NCBI GenBank assembly: GCA_963789445.1
Contig: CAWBKS010000001.1
Span: forward strand, 1,680,497 to 1,744,496
Direction: 5' to 3'
Source of the DNA: an uncultured Actinomycetes bacterium
Lineage (GTDB): Bacteria > Actinomycetota > JAICYB01
DNA: 64,000 nucleotides
This document shows, one piece after another, positions 47,075 through 55,676 of this stretch. Position numbers and translations under genes: made by a program. Below the pieces are notes generated by a model. The model ran no database searches. It saw only the letters and a list, made by a program, of their open reading frames with translations, and was not told the DNA's origin. Each line of letters opens with the position of its first letter. Within the stretch, counting starts at the first letter, position 1.

Positions 47075-48271
47075 CTAGGACTGAACCTTGACCTTGATCG
47101 TCCCCTTGCCGAGGGGTGCCAGGCGCTCGAAGGCGTCGTCCGAAAGATCGATGACGCGGCCGTCAACGTATGGGCCGCGCTGGTTGATCTTCACGCTGAC
47201 GGACTTACCGTTCGCGAGGTTCGTGACCTTCACAACCGATCCCAACGGAAGGGAACGATGCGCTCCGACGAGACCGTCGGCACGGAACCATGACGCACCA
47301 CCTTCCTGTGTTCCGCCACCACCCTTGAACGTGGGCTCCTTGGTGCCGACCCGAACGATGTGATCGCGTGGGTTGCGGACGATCTTCTCTCCCAGAACGC
47401 TGGTCGAGACACGCCGGCCGTCCTCGGTGACGATCCGCGTCGTGCGAACCTTCAGGCCCTCGGCCCCCTGCTGAACGATCTTCCGTACGCCGGACTCCAT
47501 CTTCGGATCGCGACGCGTGACATACCCGAACGGGATGCGAACGTTCTTACTCTCGACCACCCGGCGGACCCTGACCACGCGGACCCACATCTCGTCGGAC
47601 GGTTCGGCCTCGCGGCTGGGCAAGACGTAATCGTGTGCACCCACGGCAATCCCGGCTTGCTTGAGGAGGTTCTCCACGGTGTCGGCGCTCGATACAACGT
47701 CACGGAGGCGGCCGTCCGCGCGGACCTTGGCGTGGATGGCGTTGCGGACGAACACCGACATATTCGGCTCGAGCTTCGTGTCGAGGGCCGGGTGAACGTG
47801 ATCCTTCGGCCCCGGCCTCATCCCCAGATCCTTCAGCGCGTCGCCAACCGTCAGGCCACGCGCCGTCACCTTGCGTGCTTCCCCGTCGAGGACCAGCCGG
47901 ACGGGCTTGGCCTTCCTAAAGGAGACGTCGCCGCCGTCCTTGAGATCGCCGCTCACTAGGTCTGACGTGCCTGGGACGATCCCGACGCGGACGAGGAGAT
48001 CCTTCGCGTTGTTCGCGTAGGTCTTGATGCTTCGCGAGGCGCCTTCGACGTCGAGCGATATATCGCGCTGGCCGGCGAAGGCCAGCACCGGGCCGACCAG
48101 AGCGAGCACCAGAACCAGTCCGCGGATGAGCCATTTCGCCGCCGGACTGGGCTGGGTCGCCGACTGACTGCGTGGTACGGCGTGCAGCGGCCGCGAAGGG
48201 AGCCTGTGCTCCGGGAGCCCCGCCGAAGGAAGGCGTGCGGGAAGAGTGATTACTTGCGCAGGGCGGGCCAT
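47075..48271 (-). CDS. DUF348-G5 domain protein with a C-terminal RlpA-like double-psi beta-barrel (3D-type) domain, occupying the rpfB position (YabE-like)
   Basis: Intact 398 aa. An N-terminal TM anchor is followed by DUF348-like repeats, a G5 domain (...VLGEKIVRNPRDHIVRVGTKEP...) and the C-terminal ...ASWFRADGLVGAHRSLPLGSVVKVTNLANGKSVSVKINQRGPYVDGRVIDLSDDAFERLA... (RlpA DPBB consensus). There is no Rpf lysozyme-like domain. Confidence 0.65.
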   Translation of the reverse strand: MARPAQVITLPARLPSAGLPEHRLPSRPLHAVPRSQSATQPSPAAKWLIRGLVLVLALVGPVLAFAGQRDISLDVEGASRSIKTYANNAKDLLVRVGIVPGTSDLVSGDLKDGGDVSFRKAKPVRLVLDGEARKVTARGLTVGDALKDLGMRPGPKDHVHPALDTKLEPNMSVFVRNAIHAKVRADGRLRDVVSSADTVENLLKQAGIAVGAHDYVLPSREAEPSDEMWVRVVRVRRVVESKNVRIPFGYVTRRDPKMESGVRKIVQQGAEGLKVRTTRIVTEDGRRVSTSVLGEKIVRNPRDHIVRVGTKEPTFKGGGGTQEGGASWFRADGLVGAHRSLPLGSVVKVTNLANGKSVSVKINQRGPYVDGRVIDLSDDAFERLAPLGKGTIKVKVQS

Positions 48272-48346
48272 TAGGTTCGCCGGAAGCTAACAGCCCCTAA
48301 CGACCGGTGCAAACCTTTGCTCGCGAACATATGTTCGGGCGCCGCC

Positions 48347-49124
48347 TTAGAGCAGGAACGCTGCGCGAGTGTTCTTCGCGAGCACTTCGGCGAGCGCCTC
48401 GAGCGACAAGGAGCGCTCGGAAGCGAGTACTCGGGCCGTGTTCGGGAGCAATCCGGGGTGGTTCGGCTTCCCGCGATGCGGATCCGGCGCGAGGAACGGC
48501 GCGTCGGTTTCAACAAGAAGTAGCTCGATTGGAAGCAACCCTGCCGCCCGCCGGAGTTCCTCATTTCGTTGATAGGTGAGATTGCCCGCGAAGGATCCGA
48601 AGAAACCTCTCGAGGCACATTCGCGCGCGAAGGCGGCGTCGCCGCTGAAGCAATGCATCACGACACGGGACGGGGCGCCGGCTTCGTCCAGCACCCGAAG
48701 CACCCGGTCGTGCGCGTCGCGGCAATGGATGACCAAGGTGCGGTCGGTTTGTTTGGCCAGGGCGATGTGATGCCCGGAAAGCGCGTTCCTGGAGCTCGGG
48801 GGCCGAGCGTTCCCGATAGGTATCGATCCCGGTCTCACCTATCCCGACGACTCCTTCTAGGCGCGCGAGCTCGCCGAGCTTGGCGATCGCGCCGTCCGGA
48901 TCGGCTTCGTACTCCGCCAAGTCGTTGGGATGGATGCCGACGCACGCGTAGATCTGCCCGGCTCTCTCCGCCGCGCGGCCGGCGCTGGTCGCCGATTCGG
49001 CGGTTCCCATCCCGATATCGATGACGGTGTCGACGCCGGCCTCGGCGGCATCGCTCAGGACGTCGTCCAGAGGCCGTTCGATGTGTCCGAGATGACAGTG
49101 AGTGTCGATGAACGAAGCGGTCAC
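48347..49124 (-). CDS. tatD: TatD-family metal-dependent hydrolase (DNase), 1 frameshift
   Basis: N-terminus MTASFIDTHCHLGHIERPLDDVLSDAAEAGVDTVIDIGMG...YACVGIHPNDLAEYE...VGIGETGIDTYRERSAPELQERAFRA. C-terminus ...QTDRTLVIHCRDAHDRVLRVLDEAGAPSRVVMHCFSGDAAFARECASRGFFGSFAGNLTYQRNEELRRAAGLLPIELLLVETDAPFLAP... in a second frame. Confidence 0.75.
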
Positions 49125-50642
49125 GCTTCGATTCTTGGGAAGAGCGAATCACCGACGCGGACGCGGTTCCCGCTCGGGCTGCCGGCCTCCAGCTTCGGGT
49201 CGCCCTCAAAGCCGAGACGAGACCAGAGCTCCTTCATAGCGACGGGCATAACCGGTGAGAGCAAGGCCGCCAATACCGTCAGCGCCTCGGCCGTGACGGC
49301 GAGGACGCCGGCCACGAGAGGCTTGTTGTCCTCGTCCTTAGCGAGCTTCCACGGCTCCCGTTCCACCAGGTAACGGTTCGCGTGCCGGACGATCTCCCAC
49401 ACCGGGCGATCGCATCGTTGACTTTGAGGTCGTTCGACCAGCGCGTCGGCCTCAGCACCTGCCGACGCCGCCTTCGATCGCAGCGCGTCCTCCGGCGCTT
49501 CCGAGATCTCAGGCTGAGGGACGACACCGTCGCAGTAACGCTCGATCATGTTGAGCGTCCGGCTGACGAGGTTCCCCAAGTCGTTCGCGAGCTCGGCGTT
49601 GTAGCGCGCCTGCATGTCCTCGAGGGAGAAGTTGCCGTCCTCCCACCATGATCCCGCACGCAGGAATTGGAACCGGTACGCATCCAGCCCGTATTCGTCG
49701 ACGAGCTCGTAAGGCGAGATATCGGTGATGCCTCGTCCGGACTTCGAGATCTTCTCGCCTCCGACGAGCAACCAACCGTGGGCGAAGACACGCTTGGGCA
49801 GAGGAAGGCCTACCGACATCAACATCGCCGGCCAAACAACGGCGTGGTGCCTGACGATCTCTTTGCCGATCACGTGGACGTCCGCCGGCCAACACCTCTC
49901 GAACAGCTCACCGTCCGGGTACCCGAGCGCGGTGATGTAGTTCTGGAGCGCCTCGATCCAGACGTAGATGATGTGCTCATCGTTCCAAGGCGAACGGATC
50001 CCCCACGTGAGAGAGGTTCGCGTGATCGGCTGATCCTGAAGCCCCTGATTGAGCAACGAATACATCTCGTTGAAAGCTCGCTTCGGCTGAAGGAAATCGG
50101 GCTGGTCGTCGTAGAGCTTCAGAAGTCTTTCGTTGTAATCGGATAGGCGGAAGAAGTAGTTCTCCTCCTGCAGCCGTGACACCGGCCGATTGTGGATCGG
50201 CGCAGTTCCCGTCAACCAGCTCGTCGTCACCTTTGAACTCCTCACAGCGATCGCAGTACCAGCCCTCGTACGTGCCGAGGTAGACGTCTCCGGATTCCAT
50301 GAGCTTGGCCATGAACGGCTGCACGCCTTGCTTGTGGCGTTCCTCGCTCGTACGGATGAAGTCGTCATTCGAAATCTCTAGTCGCTGCCAAAGCTCCTTC
50401 CAGCGCGGGACGATGTGGTCTACCCATTCACGTGGGCTCATCCCGTGCTCGTCCGCGGCCGGCACCACACCGCCGCCGTGTTCGTCGGTCCCGGTAAGGA
50501 AGTACGCCTTGCGCCCGTGCAATCGGTGCCAGCGCGCGATGAAGTCGCACACGACGGTCGGATATGCGCTCCCAAGATGCGGGACGTCGCTCGGGTAATA
50601 GATGGGCGTCGTGATGTAGAAGGTGTCCTTCTTTGCCGTCAC
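49121..50642 (-). CDS. metG: methionine--tRNA ligase (short form), 1 frameshift
   Basis: N-terminus MTAKKDTFYITTPIYYPSDVPHLGSAYPTVVCDFIARWHRLHGRKAYFLTGTDEHGGGV...LGTYEGWYCDRCEEFKGDDELVDGNC (49977-50642). The rest, ...IHNVELVPG.., KISKSGRGITDISPYELVDEYGLDAYRFQFLRAGSWWEDGNFSLEDMQARYNAELANDLGNLVSRTLNMIERY..., is in 49121-50368. Confidence 0.85.
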
Positions 50643-51500
50643 GACGAGCCTTTCCGCTGTTGGAGCACACGATCGTACAAGGCTCTTCGCGGCACCCCGC
50701 GCTGCTCGGCGACGGCCCTCGTCGCTTCGCGCACACTCTCGCCGGATCCGATGCGGCCGAGTGCTTCGTCGACGGCGGCTTCGATATCTCCGACCGCTTC
50801 CGCGGCTCCCTCGACCACCAGGACGAGCTCTCCTTTGACCGGCCGTCGCTGGAGCTCGTCAACGAGCTCGGTTAGCGTGCCGCGCCGGACCTCTTCGTGG
50901 AGCTTCGTCAGCTCCCGGCACAGCGCTACTTGGCGATCGCCGAGCAGCTCGAGCCATGTCGGCCAGAGTCTTGTCGAGGCGGTGCGGCGCCTCGAAGAAC
51001 ACGAGCGTCCGTCGTTCGGCCGCGAGTTCTTCGAGGCGCCGCCGCCTCTCCCCTGCCCGCCGGGGAAGGAAGCCTTCGAACACGAACGCGTCGGAGGGCA
51101 AGCCGGAGACGACAACGGCCGCCAGCAACGCCGAGGGCCCGGGCACGGGTTCGACGTGCACACCGCCGGCGATGGCTGCCGTTATGAGGCGGTAGCCGGG
51201 GTCGGATATAGAAGGTGTCCCGGCCTCGGACACCAGCGCGACCGATTCGCCTCTTTGGATGCGATCGAGCAGCTCGGGAGTCCTTACGGCTTCGTTGTGC
51301 TCGTGATACGAGACCAGCGTCGTCCCGATGCCGTGATGCGACAGCAGCTTCCGCGTCGTCCTGGTGTCCTCCGCGGCCACGACGTCTACCTCTTCCAGGA
51401 CGCGCAGAGCGCGCAGAGTTATATCGGCAAGGTTGCCGATCGGTGTGGCCACGACGAAGAGCCGCCCGATCGCCGCGGTCAAACGGCCGCCTCGACCCAT
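50639..51500 (-). CDS. rsmI: 16S rRNA (cytidine1402-2'-O)-methyltransferase RsmI, 1 frameshift
   Basis: N-terminus MGRGGRLTAAIGRLFVVATPIGNLADITLRALRVLEEVDVVAAEDTRTTRKLLSHHGIGTTLVSYHEHNEAVRTPELLDRIQRGESVALVSEAGTPSISDPGYRLI... C-terminus ...LLGDRQVALCRELTKLHEEVRRGTLTELVDELQRRPVKGELVLVVEGAAE... (50639-51163). Confidence 0.75.
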
Positions 51501-51835
51501 AGATCCACACCGACCTCGACGCCGCACTCCGATGCGCGACCGTCCGGCAGCTCGATACAAGTTCGAGCGTTGCGAACGAACCTCGAGATCCGGCGGGGCA
51601 CCAGCGTCTGCACGTGCACGACTTTCTGGTCCCCGTCCCGGAACACAGCGTCTATCGAGAAACGAAGACCAAAGGTGTGGACCTGGCGGCAGGGATCGAG
51701 AACGATCGCTTCGCCTGCTTGCAACGTCTCCCGGCCGCGCAAGCCTCTCAATCGCAAATAGAACGTGTTCCCGTAGAGCACGCGATCGGCGACTACTCCT
51801 TTCGGTCCGACGATGCGGAACTGTTTGTTAACCAT
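51479..51835 (-). CDS. DUF192 domain protein (COG1430-like)
   Basis: Intact 118 aa, MVNKQFRIVGPKGVVADRVLYGNTFYLRLRGLRGRETLQAGEAIVLDPCRQVHTFGLRFSIDAVFRDGDQKVVHV... The pattern (G..L...A.T...R.RGLM.R..L....GMLF......FWM.N...PLD..F.D....V) is typical of DUF192. It overlaps the rsmI start by about 20 nt. Confidence 0.5.
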   Translation of the reverse strand: MVNKQFRIVGPKGVVADRVLYGNTFYLRLRGLRGRETLQAGEAIVLDPCRQVHTFGLRFSIDAVFRDGDQKVVHVQTLVPRRISRFVRNARTCIELPDGRASECGVEVGVDLWVEAAV

Positions 51836-52153
51836 CGCTCAAATGCTAGAGCTACCTGGGCACTTGCCCACCAGGTCTACTCTTGCTTTGAAAAGGGGGA
51901 ACTGCTTGACGCCGAGTGGGTCGCGCACCACGCGATCGCGTTGTCCGGTCTGCGGAAGTCGTCGGCTCATCCCCAGTTTGGGACGTCTCGGCTCCCACGC
52001 TCGCGCCGGCGCCGAAACACACAACGGCGCACCCAAGTTCCTTTGGCGGTGCCGCGCATGCCGGACGCCCATGCGCGCGACCGCGCACCCGGGATTGTGG
52101 AAGCGACGCAAGCCGCTTTCGAACTGGCTCGGTCGTCGCCCGACGACGAACGT

Positions 52154-52573
52154 CTAGTTCCCTAAACCGGACTGCCGACCCGACTCCGGCATCGGCTTCA
52201 CTACGGCCGGACGAAACCCATCCTCGGCGGCGCCGTTTCGCGAGCGCTTGATCGATTCGTACAGCTTCGCCCCGGCCCAAGCGGCTACGCCCGCGGCGGC
52301 GATCCACGCCGCACCCTTCGGGATCACGTTCACTGTGACGGGAGCCGTCGGAACGGCCGACGCGCCGCCCTTCTGCTTCTTGCGTCCCTTCCGCATACGG
52401 CGCAACGCGAACGCCAGAGCAGACCCGCCGACGCTCGACCCGGCGACGATGCCGGCAACCTTCTTTCCATAACCGGCGAAAGGGAACTTCTGCTCTATCG
52501 CTTCGAGCTTGTTGCCGAGCGAGGCCCGGAGCTCTTCGATCTCTTTTAGCTTGTCATCTGCTCGCGAGCCCAT
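52154..52573 (-). CDS. hypothetical membrane-associated protein with an N-terminal coiled coil (DUF3618-like)
   Basis: MGSRADDKLKEIEELRASLGNKLEAIEQKFPFAGYGKKVAGIVAGSSVGGSALAFALRRMRKGRKKQKGG... followed by a second hydrophobic segment (AAWIAAAGVAAWAGAKL). The start is chosen at the internal M, since the long ORF begins at 52726 with an Arg-rich, junk-like N-terminus. It is adjacent to a holin-X-family gene, as is common in actinobacteria. Confidence 0.4.
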   Translation of the reverse strand: MGSRADDKLKEIEELRASLGNKLEAIEQKFPFAGYGKKVAGIVAGSSVGGSALAFALRRMRKGRKKQKGGASAVPTAPVTVNVIPKGAAWIAAAGVAAWAGAKLYESIKRSRNGAAEDGFRPAVVKPMPESGRQSGLGN

Positions 52574-52935
52574 CGGACGTCCTCCTTTATCGATGCTACG
52601 GAGCGATCGAGCCGCATCCGCCGCCGGCGCATGATCCAAAGACCTGCAAGCACCCCCAGAACGGCGAACAGTAGAAGGCCGCCGGCCACGATGGCGAACG
52701 AAACGGCGTCCGAGAACGGCAGCCAATAAGCAAGAGAGAAGAGACCGAAGAGGAGCGCGGGCAGCAGACCGATGATCGCCAGGGATATGAGGCCGACGCC
52801 CAACAGCTGCGCCTTGAAGCCTTCCATGAGCTCGATCCGCGCGAGCTCGATCTCCTTACGGATGAGCAGGCGGAGGTCGTCGGCGACGTCCATCACTAGC
52901 TCGGCCGTCGAGCGAGTGGCTTCAGCGCCGCTCAT
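52546..52935 (-). CDS. putative actinobacterial holin-X / phage-holin-family small membrane protein
   Basis: The 129-aa ORF reads ...LIRKEIELARIELMEGFKAQLLGVGLISLAIIGLLPALLFGLFSLAYWLPFSDAVSFAIVAGGLLLFAVLGVLAGLWIMRRRRMRLDRS... The two-TM topology and charged tail fit PF07332-type proteins. Confidence 0.5.
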   Translation of the reverse strand: MSGAEATRSTAELVMDVADDLRLLIRKEIELARIELMEGFKAQLLGVGLISLAIIGLLPALLFGLFSLAYWLPFSDAVSFAIVAGGLLLFAVLGVLAGLWIMRRRRMRLDRSVASIKEDVRWAREQMTS

Positions 52936-52997
52936 AACACCTCCGGTGATCGAGTCTCGAACTCGTAATGCCCGCCGTGAGTCGCGTTTGAACCCGC

Positions 52998-54083
52998 TTG
53001 GTGATACCTAGCAGCATACCGATTGACATGCGTCTCTCCGACCTCCCAACCCCTGCGCTGTGCGTCGATCTCGAAGCCTTTGAGAGGAATATCGACAGAA
53101 TGCACGGCTTCTTCAAGAACCGGCCGTGCGGGATCCGTCCTCACGTCAAGGCGCACAAGACGCCGGCCATCGCTCGAATCCAGATCGACGCCGGCTCGTG
53201 CACCGGATTGTGCTGCGCGGTCGTCTCGGAGGCCGAGATCTTCGCCGATCACGGGTTCGACGATCTGCTCATAGCCAACGAGGTGTGCGACCCGACCAAG
53301 ATCGATCGGCTGCGTGCACTCGACAAGCGCGTAACGCTCACGGTAGCCGTCGACTCCATCAGAGCCATCGAGCTTCTCGAGGGAACCGGGTTGCGCGTTC
53401 TCGTCGACGTGAACATCGGACTGCCCCGCTGCGGTTGCCGTCCCGAGGACGCGGTGTCCATCGCACGCGCTGCCGGCGAAGCCGGTCTTCGCGTCGTCGG
53501 AGTGATGGGCTACGAGGGCCACGTCACGGTCATGGAGGACGTGGACGAACGCGCCGCCGCTACACGCAAAGCCATCGGCGTCCTCATCGATGTTGTCGAT
53601 GACCTGAAGAGCGCCGGGTTCGATACCGGGATCGTCAGTGCCGGATCGACGCTTTCGTACGACGTAACCGGCGTGATCGAAGGCATCACCGAGATACAGG
53701 CCGGCAGTTATGCGTTGATGGACACGGCGTTCGCCGTGTCGAGCCCCTTCGAAGAGGCGCTGCGATGTATGACGACGCTCGTGAGCGTCCAGGGCAACAT
53801 CGCCGTGCTCGATGCGGGCCTCAAGACGCTGACGGTCGACCACGGCGACCCTAAGTTGCCCGAGGACGTTGCCGCCGACGTCCTGTTCCTCTCCGACGAG
53901 CACACAACACTGGCAACGCGCGACGGGTTCTCATCGACGCCGGGTGATCGGATCTGGCTGCGTCCTTCCCACGTCGACCCGACGGTGAATCTGCACGACC
54001 AACTCTTTGCATTCCGCGGCGACGAAGTGATTCACGTTTGGGACGTTGCGGCGCGCGGCTACGCTTCGCCGGCGGTCAAGTGA
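52998..54083 (+). CDS. DSD1-family PLP-dependent enzyme (alanine-racemase-like N-domain; D-serine deaminase / D-threonine aldolase-like)
   Basis: Intact 361 aa, MRLSDLPTPALCVDLEAFERNIDRMHGFFKNRPCGIRPHVKAHKTPAIARIQIDAG... (PLP-lysine motif PHVKAHK) ...VVGVMGYEGHV... The start is at 52998 or at the internal ATG at 53028. Confidence 0.65.
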   Translation: MVIPSSIPIDMRLSDLPTPALCVDLEAFERNIDRMHGFFKNRPCGIRPHVKAHKTPAIARIQIDAGSCTGLCCAVVSEAEIFADHGFDDLLIANEVCDPTKIDRLRALDKRVTLTVAVDSIRAIELLEGTGLRVLVDVNIGLPRCGCRPEDAVSIARAAGEAGLRVVGVMGYEGHVTVMEDVDERAAATRKAIGVLIDVVDDLKSAGFDTGIVSAGSTLSYDVTGVIEGITEIQAGSYALMDTAFAVSSPFEEALRCMTTLVSVQGNIAVLDAGLKTLTVDHGDPKLPEDVAADVLFLSDEHTTLATRDGFSSTPGDRIWLRPSHVDPTVNLHDQLFAFRGDEVIHVWDVAARGYASPAVK

Positions 54084-54862
54084 GCAATTGGGAGGCGGAG
54101 CTTCGCTTCGCCCATCACCTCGCCGATCGGGCGGACGCGATATCTCTCCGATACTTCCGAAACGCGTCGATGAACGTCCGAACGAAACCCGACGGAACGC
54201 CGGTCACTCAGGCAGACGAAGAGGTGGAAAGCGTTCTACGCGCCGAGATCCAGAGCGCATACCCCGACCATTCCGTCTTCGGCGAGGAGGAGGGCGCGAG
54301 CGGAACGTCCGAGACGACGAGGTGGATCCTCGATCCCATCGACGGGACGAAGAATTACTCGTGGGGGATCCCCAACTGGGCGACCTTGATCGCGCTCGAG
54401 GTCGACGGCGAGATCGTGTGCGGCGTGGTGAGTGCGCCGGCCATCGGCGAGCGTTACTCCGCAGCGCAGGGAGCGGGCGCGACACGTAACGGGGAGCCGA
54501 TAAAGGTGTCCGAGATCTCGGATCTGAGTGAAGCCCGCATGGGCTTCACGTCCGCCGCCGAATTCAGAAAGCTCGGGATGGGAGAGGCCTTCGACAAGCT
54601 CATGACCACTGTGGCCCACGACCGGGGGATCGGTGATTTCTACGCCCACGTGCTCGTCGCGGCCGGAGCCCTCGATCTGGTCGTCGAGCCGATCATGGCG
54701 CCCTGGGATCTCGGCCCCCTGATCGTGATCGTCGAAGAGGCCGGTGGGCGCCTCACCGACCTCAGCGGCCGCCCTCACATCTACGGCCTCAACAGCCTCA
54801 CCACCAACGGACGCCTGCACGAGCAAGCTCTGGAGCTGCTGGAAGGGGCGAAGGGAACCTAA
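54080..54862 (+). CDS. inositol-monophosphatase-family phosphatase (HisN/histidinol-phosphatase-like)
   Basis: A GTG start overlaps the upstream stop (GTGA). ...ISLRYFRNASMNVRTKPDGTPVTQADEEVESVLRAEIQSAYPDHSVFGEEEG...WILDPIDGTKNYSWGIPNWATLIALEVDGEIVCGVVSAPAIGERY...WDLGPLIVIVEEAGG... The IMPase motifs DPIDGT and WD are present. Confidence 0.75.
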   Translation: MSNWEAELRFAHHLADRADAISLRYFRNASMNVRTKPDGTPVTQADEEVESVLRAEIQSAYPDHSVFGEEEGASGTSETTRWILDPIDGTKNYSWGIPNWATLIALEVDGEIVCGVVSAPAIGERYSAAQGAGATRNGEPIKVSEISDLSEARMGFTSAAEFRKLGMGEAFDKLMTTVAHDRGIGDFYAHVLVAAGALDLVVEPIMAPWDLGPLIVIVEEAGGRLTDLSGRPHIYGLNSLTTNGRLHEQALELLEGAKGT

Positions 54863-54864
54863 AC

Positions 54865-54890
54865 GGGCCCGAAAAACCTGTTTTGGGCCC
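54865..54890. terminator. bidirectional terminator-like hairpin GGGCCCGAAAAacctgTTTTGGGCCC between the convergent IMPase and GerMN-lipoprotein genes
   Basis: It starts 3 nt after the IMPase TAA stop. The 6-bp GC stem is extended by A/U pairs (about 10 bp), and U-rich runs follow on both strands. Confidence 0.4.
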
Positions 54891-54898
54891 CTCACCTG

Positions 54899-54917
54899 CG
54901 GAAATGTCACATTTCCG
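54899..54917. promoter_or_regulatory. AT-rich perfect palindrome CGGAAATGT-c-ACATTTCCG (9-bp arms, 1-nt spacer)
   Basis: Seen directly in the sequence. It lies in the 172-bp convergent intergenic region, 9 nt downstream of the hairpin. It could be a second hairpin or a dimeric DNA-binding-protein site. Confidence 0.3.
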
Positions 54918-55034
54918 TAATAACGCCGTCCTTGGACCGCGATGTCGATGGCCGATTCTATTGACGGTTGCATCGACGGAAGCGCCGCCGCTCCGCAGGC
55001 CACGGACGGCGGCGTTTGCGTTTCAGGGCCTTTC

Positions 55035-55676
55035 CTAATCGGCCCCGACCTGGGAGTCCCCGACCTCCCCCCCGCTGGGATCGGTGGGTTCGAACTGCGA
55101 GTACCTGGATCGACTGACGATCTCGTGCGCAACTCCTTGCTGATCCACGACAGCCTGGGGGGCGCCATGGATTCGGAAGCGTACGGCGTCGACATTCGGC
55201 AGTTCCGTCAGCGTGTAAACGACCTGCGCCACTCGTAGAAGCTGGATCACGTCGGCGTCCGCCGACTCGAACTGCGCGGAGAGGTTCACGTCCGCCAACC
55301 GATCCTTGACGGAAACGCTGAGAAGCTGTGTCCCCAGAGGGATGGCGGTACCAACGCGGGCGGTCTTCTCACCTGGTATGAGTTCACGCGGGCGTGAGAG
55401 GACTAACCGAGCAACCTCCTCTACCTCTGGACGCGTTGATGTGACTTCGTGTTCGAAGCGTACAAGCCGAGCCGGCTCATCTAGGTTGAGCCCGCTGGCG
55501 TCGGTTGCGACGAAGTACAGCACCGCCAGTACGGCTCTCGCTTCCGTTTGCTGTTGCCTTGCTTCCCCAAAGAGCTCTGGCGGCAGATCATTCTGCTTCA
55601 ACACCGTGACTTGTGGACCGCTTGAGCATCCAACGAGTGCTATCAGCATCGCGAGCACCAACCACCGCTTCATCAC
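55035..55676 (-). CDS. GerMN-domain lipoprotein (short LpqB-like), third gene of the mtrA-mtrB-lpqB-type operon
   Basis: MMKRWLVLAMLIALVGCSS gives a signal peptide and lipobox. It is followed by ...VLAVLYFVATDASGLNLDEPARLVRFEHEVTST... The start overlaps the kinase stop (ATGA). Confidence 0.55.
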   Translation of the reverse strand: MMKRWLVLAMLIALVGCSSGPQVTVLKQNDLPPELFGEARQQQTEARAVLAVLYFVATDASGLNLDEPARLVRFEHEVTSTRPEVEEVARLVLSRPRELIPGEKTARVGTAIPLGTQLLSVSVKDRLADVNLSAQFESADADVIQLLRVAQVVYTLTELPNVDAVRFRIHGAPQAVVDQQGVAHEIVSRSRYSQFEPTDPSGGEVGDSQVGAD

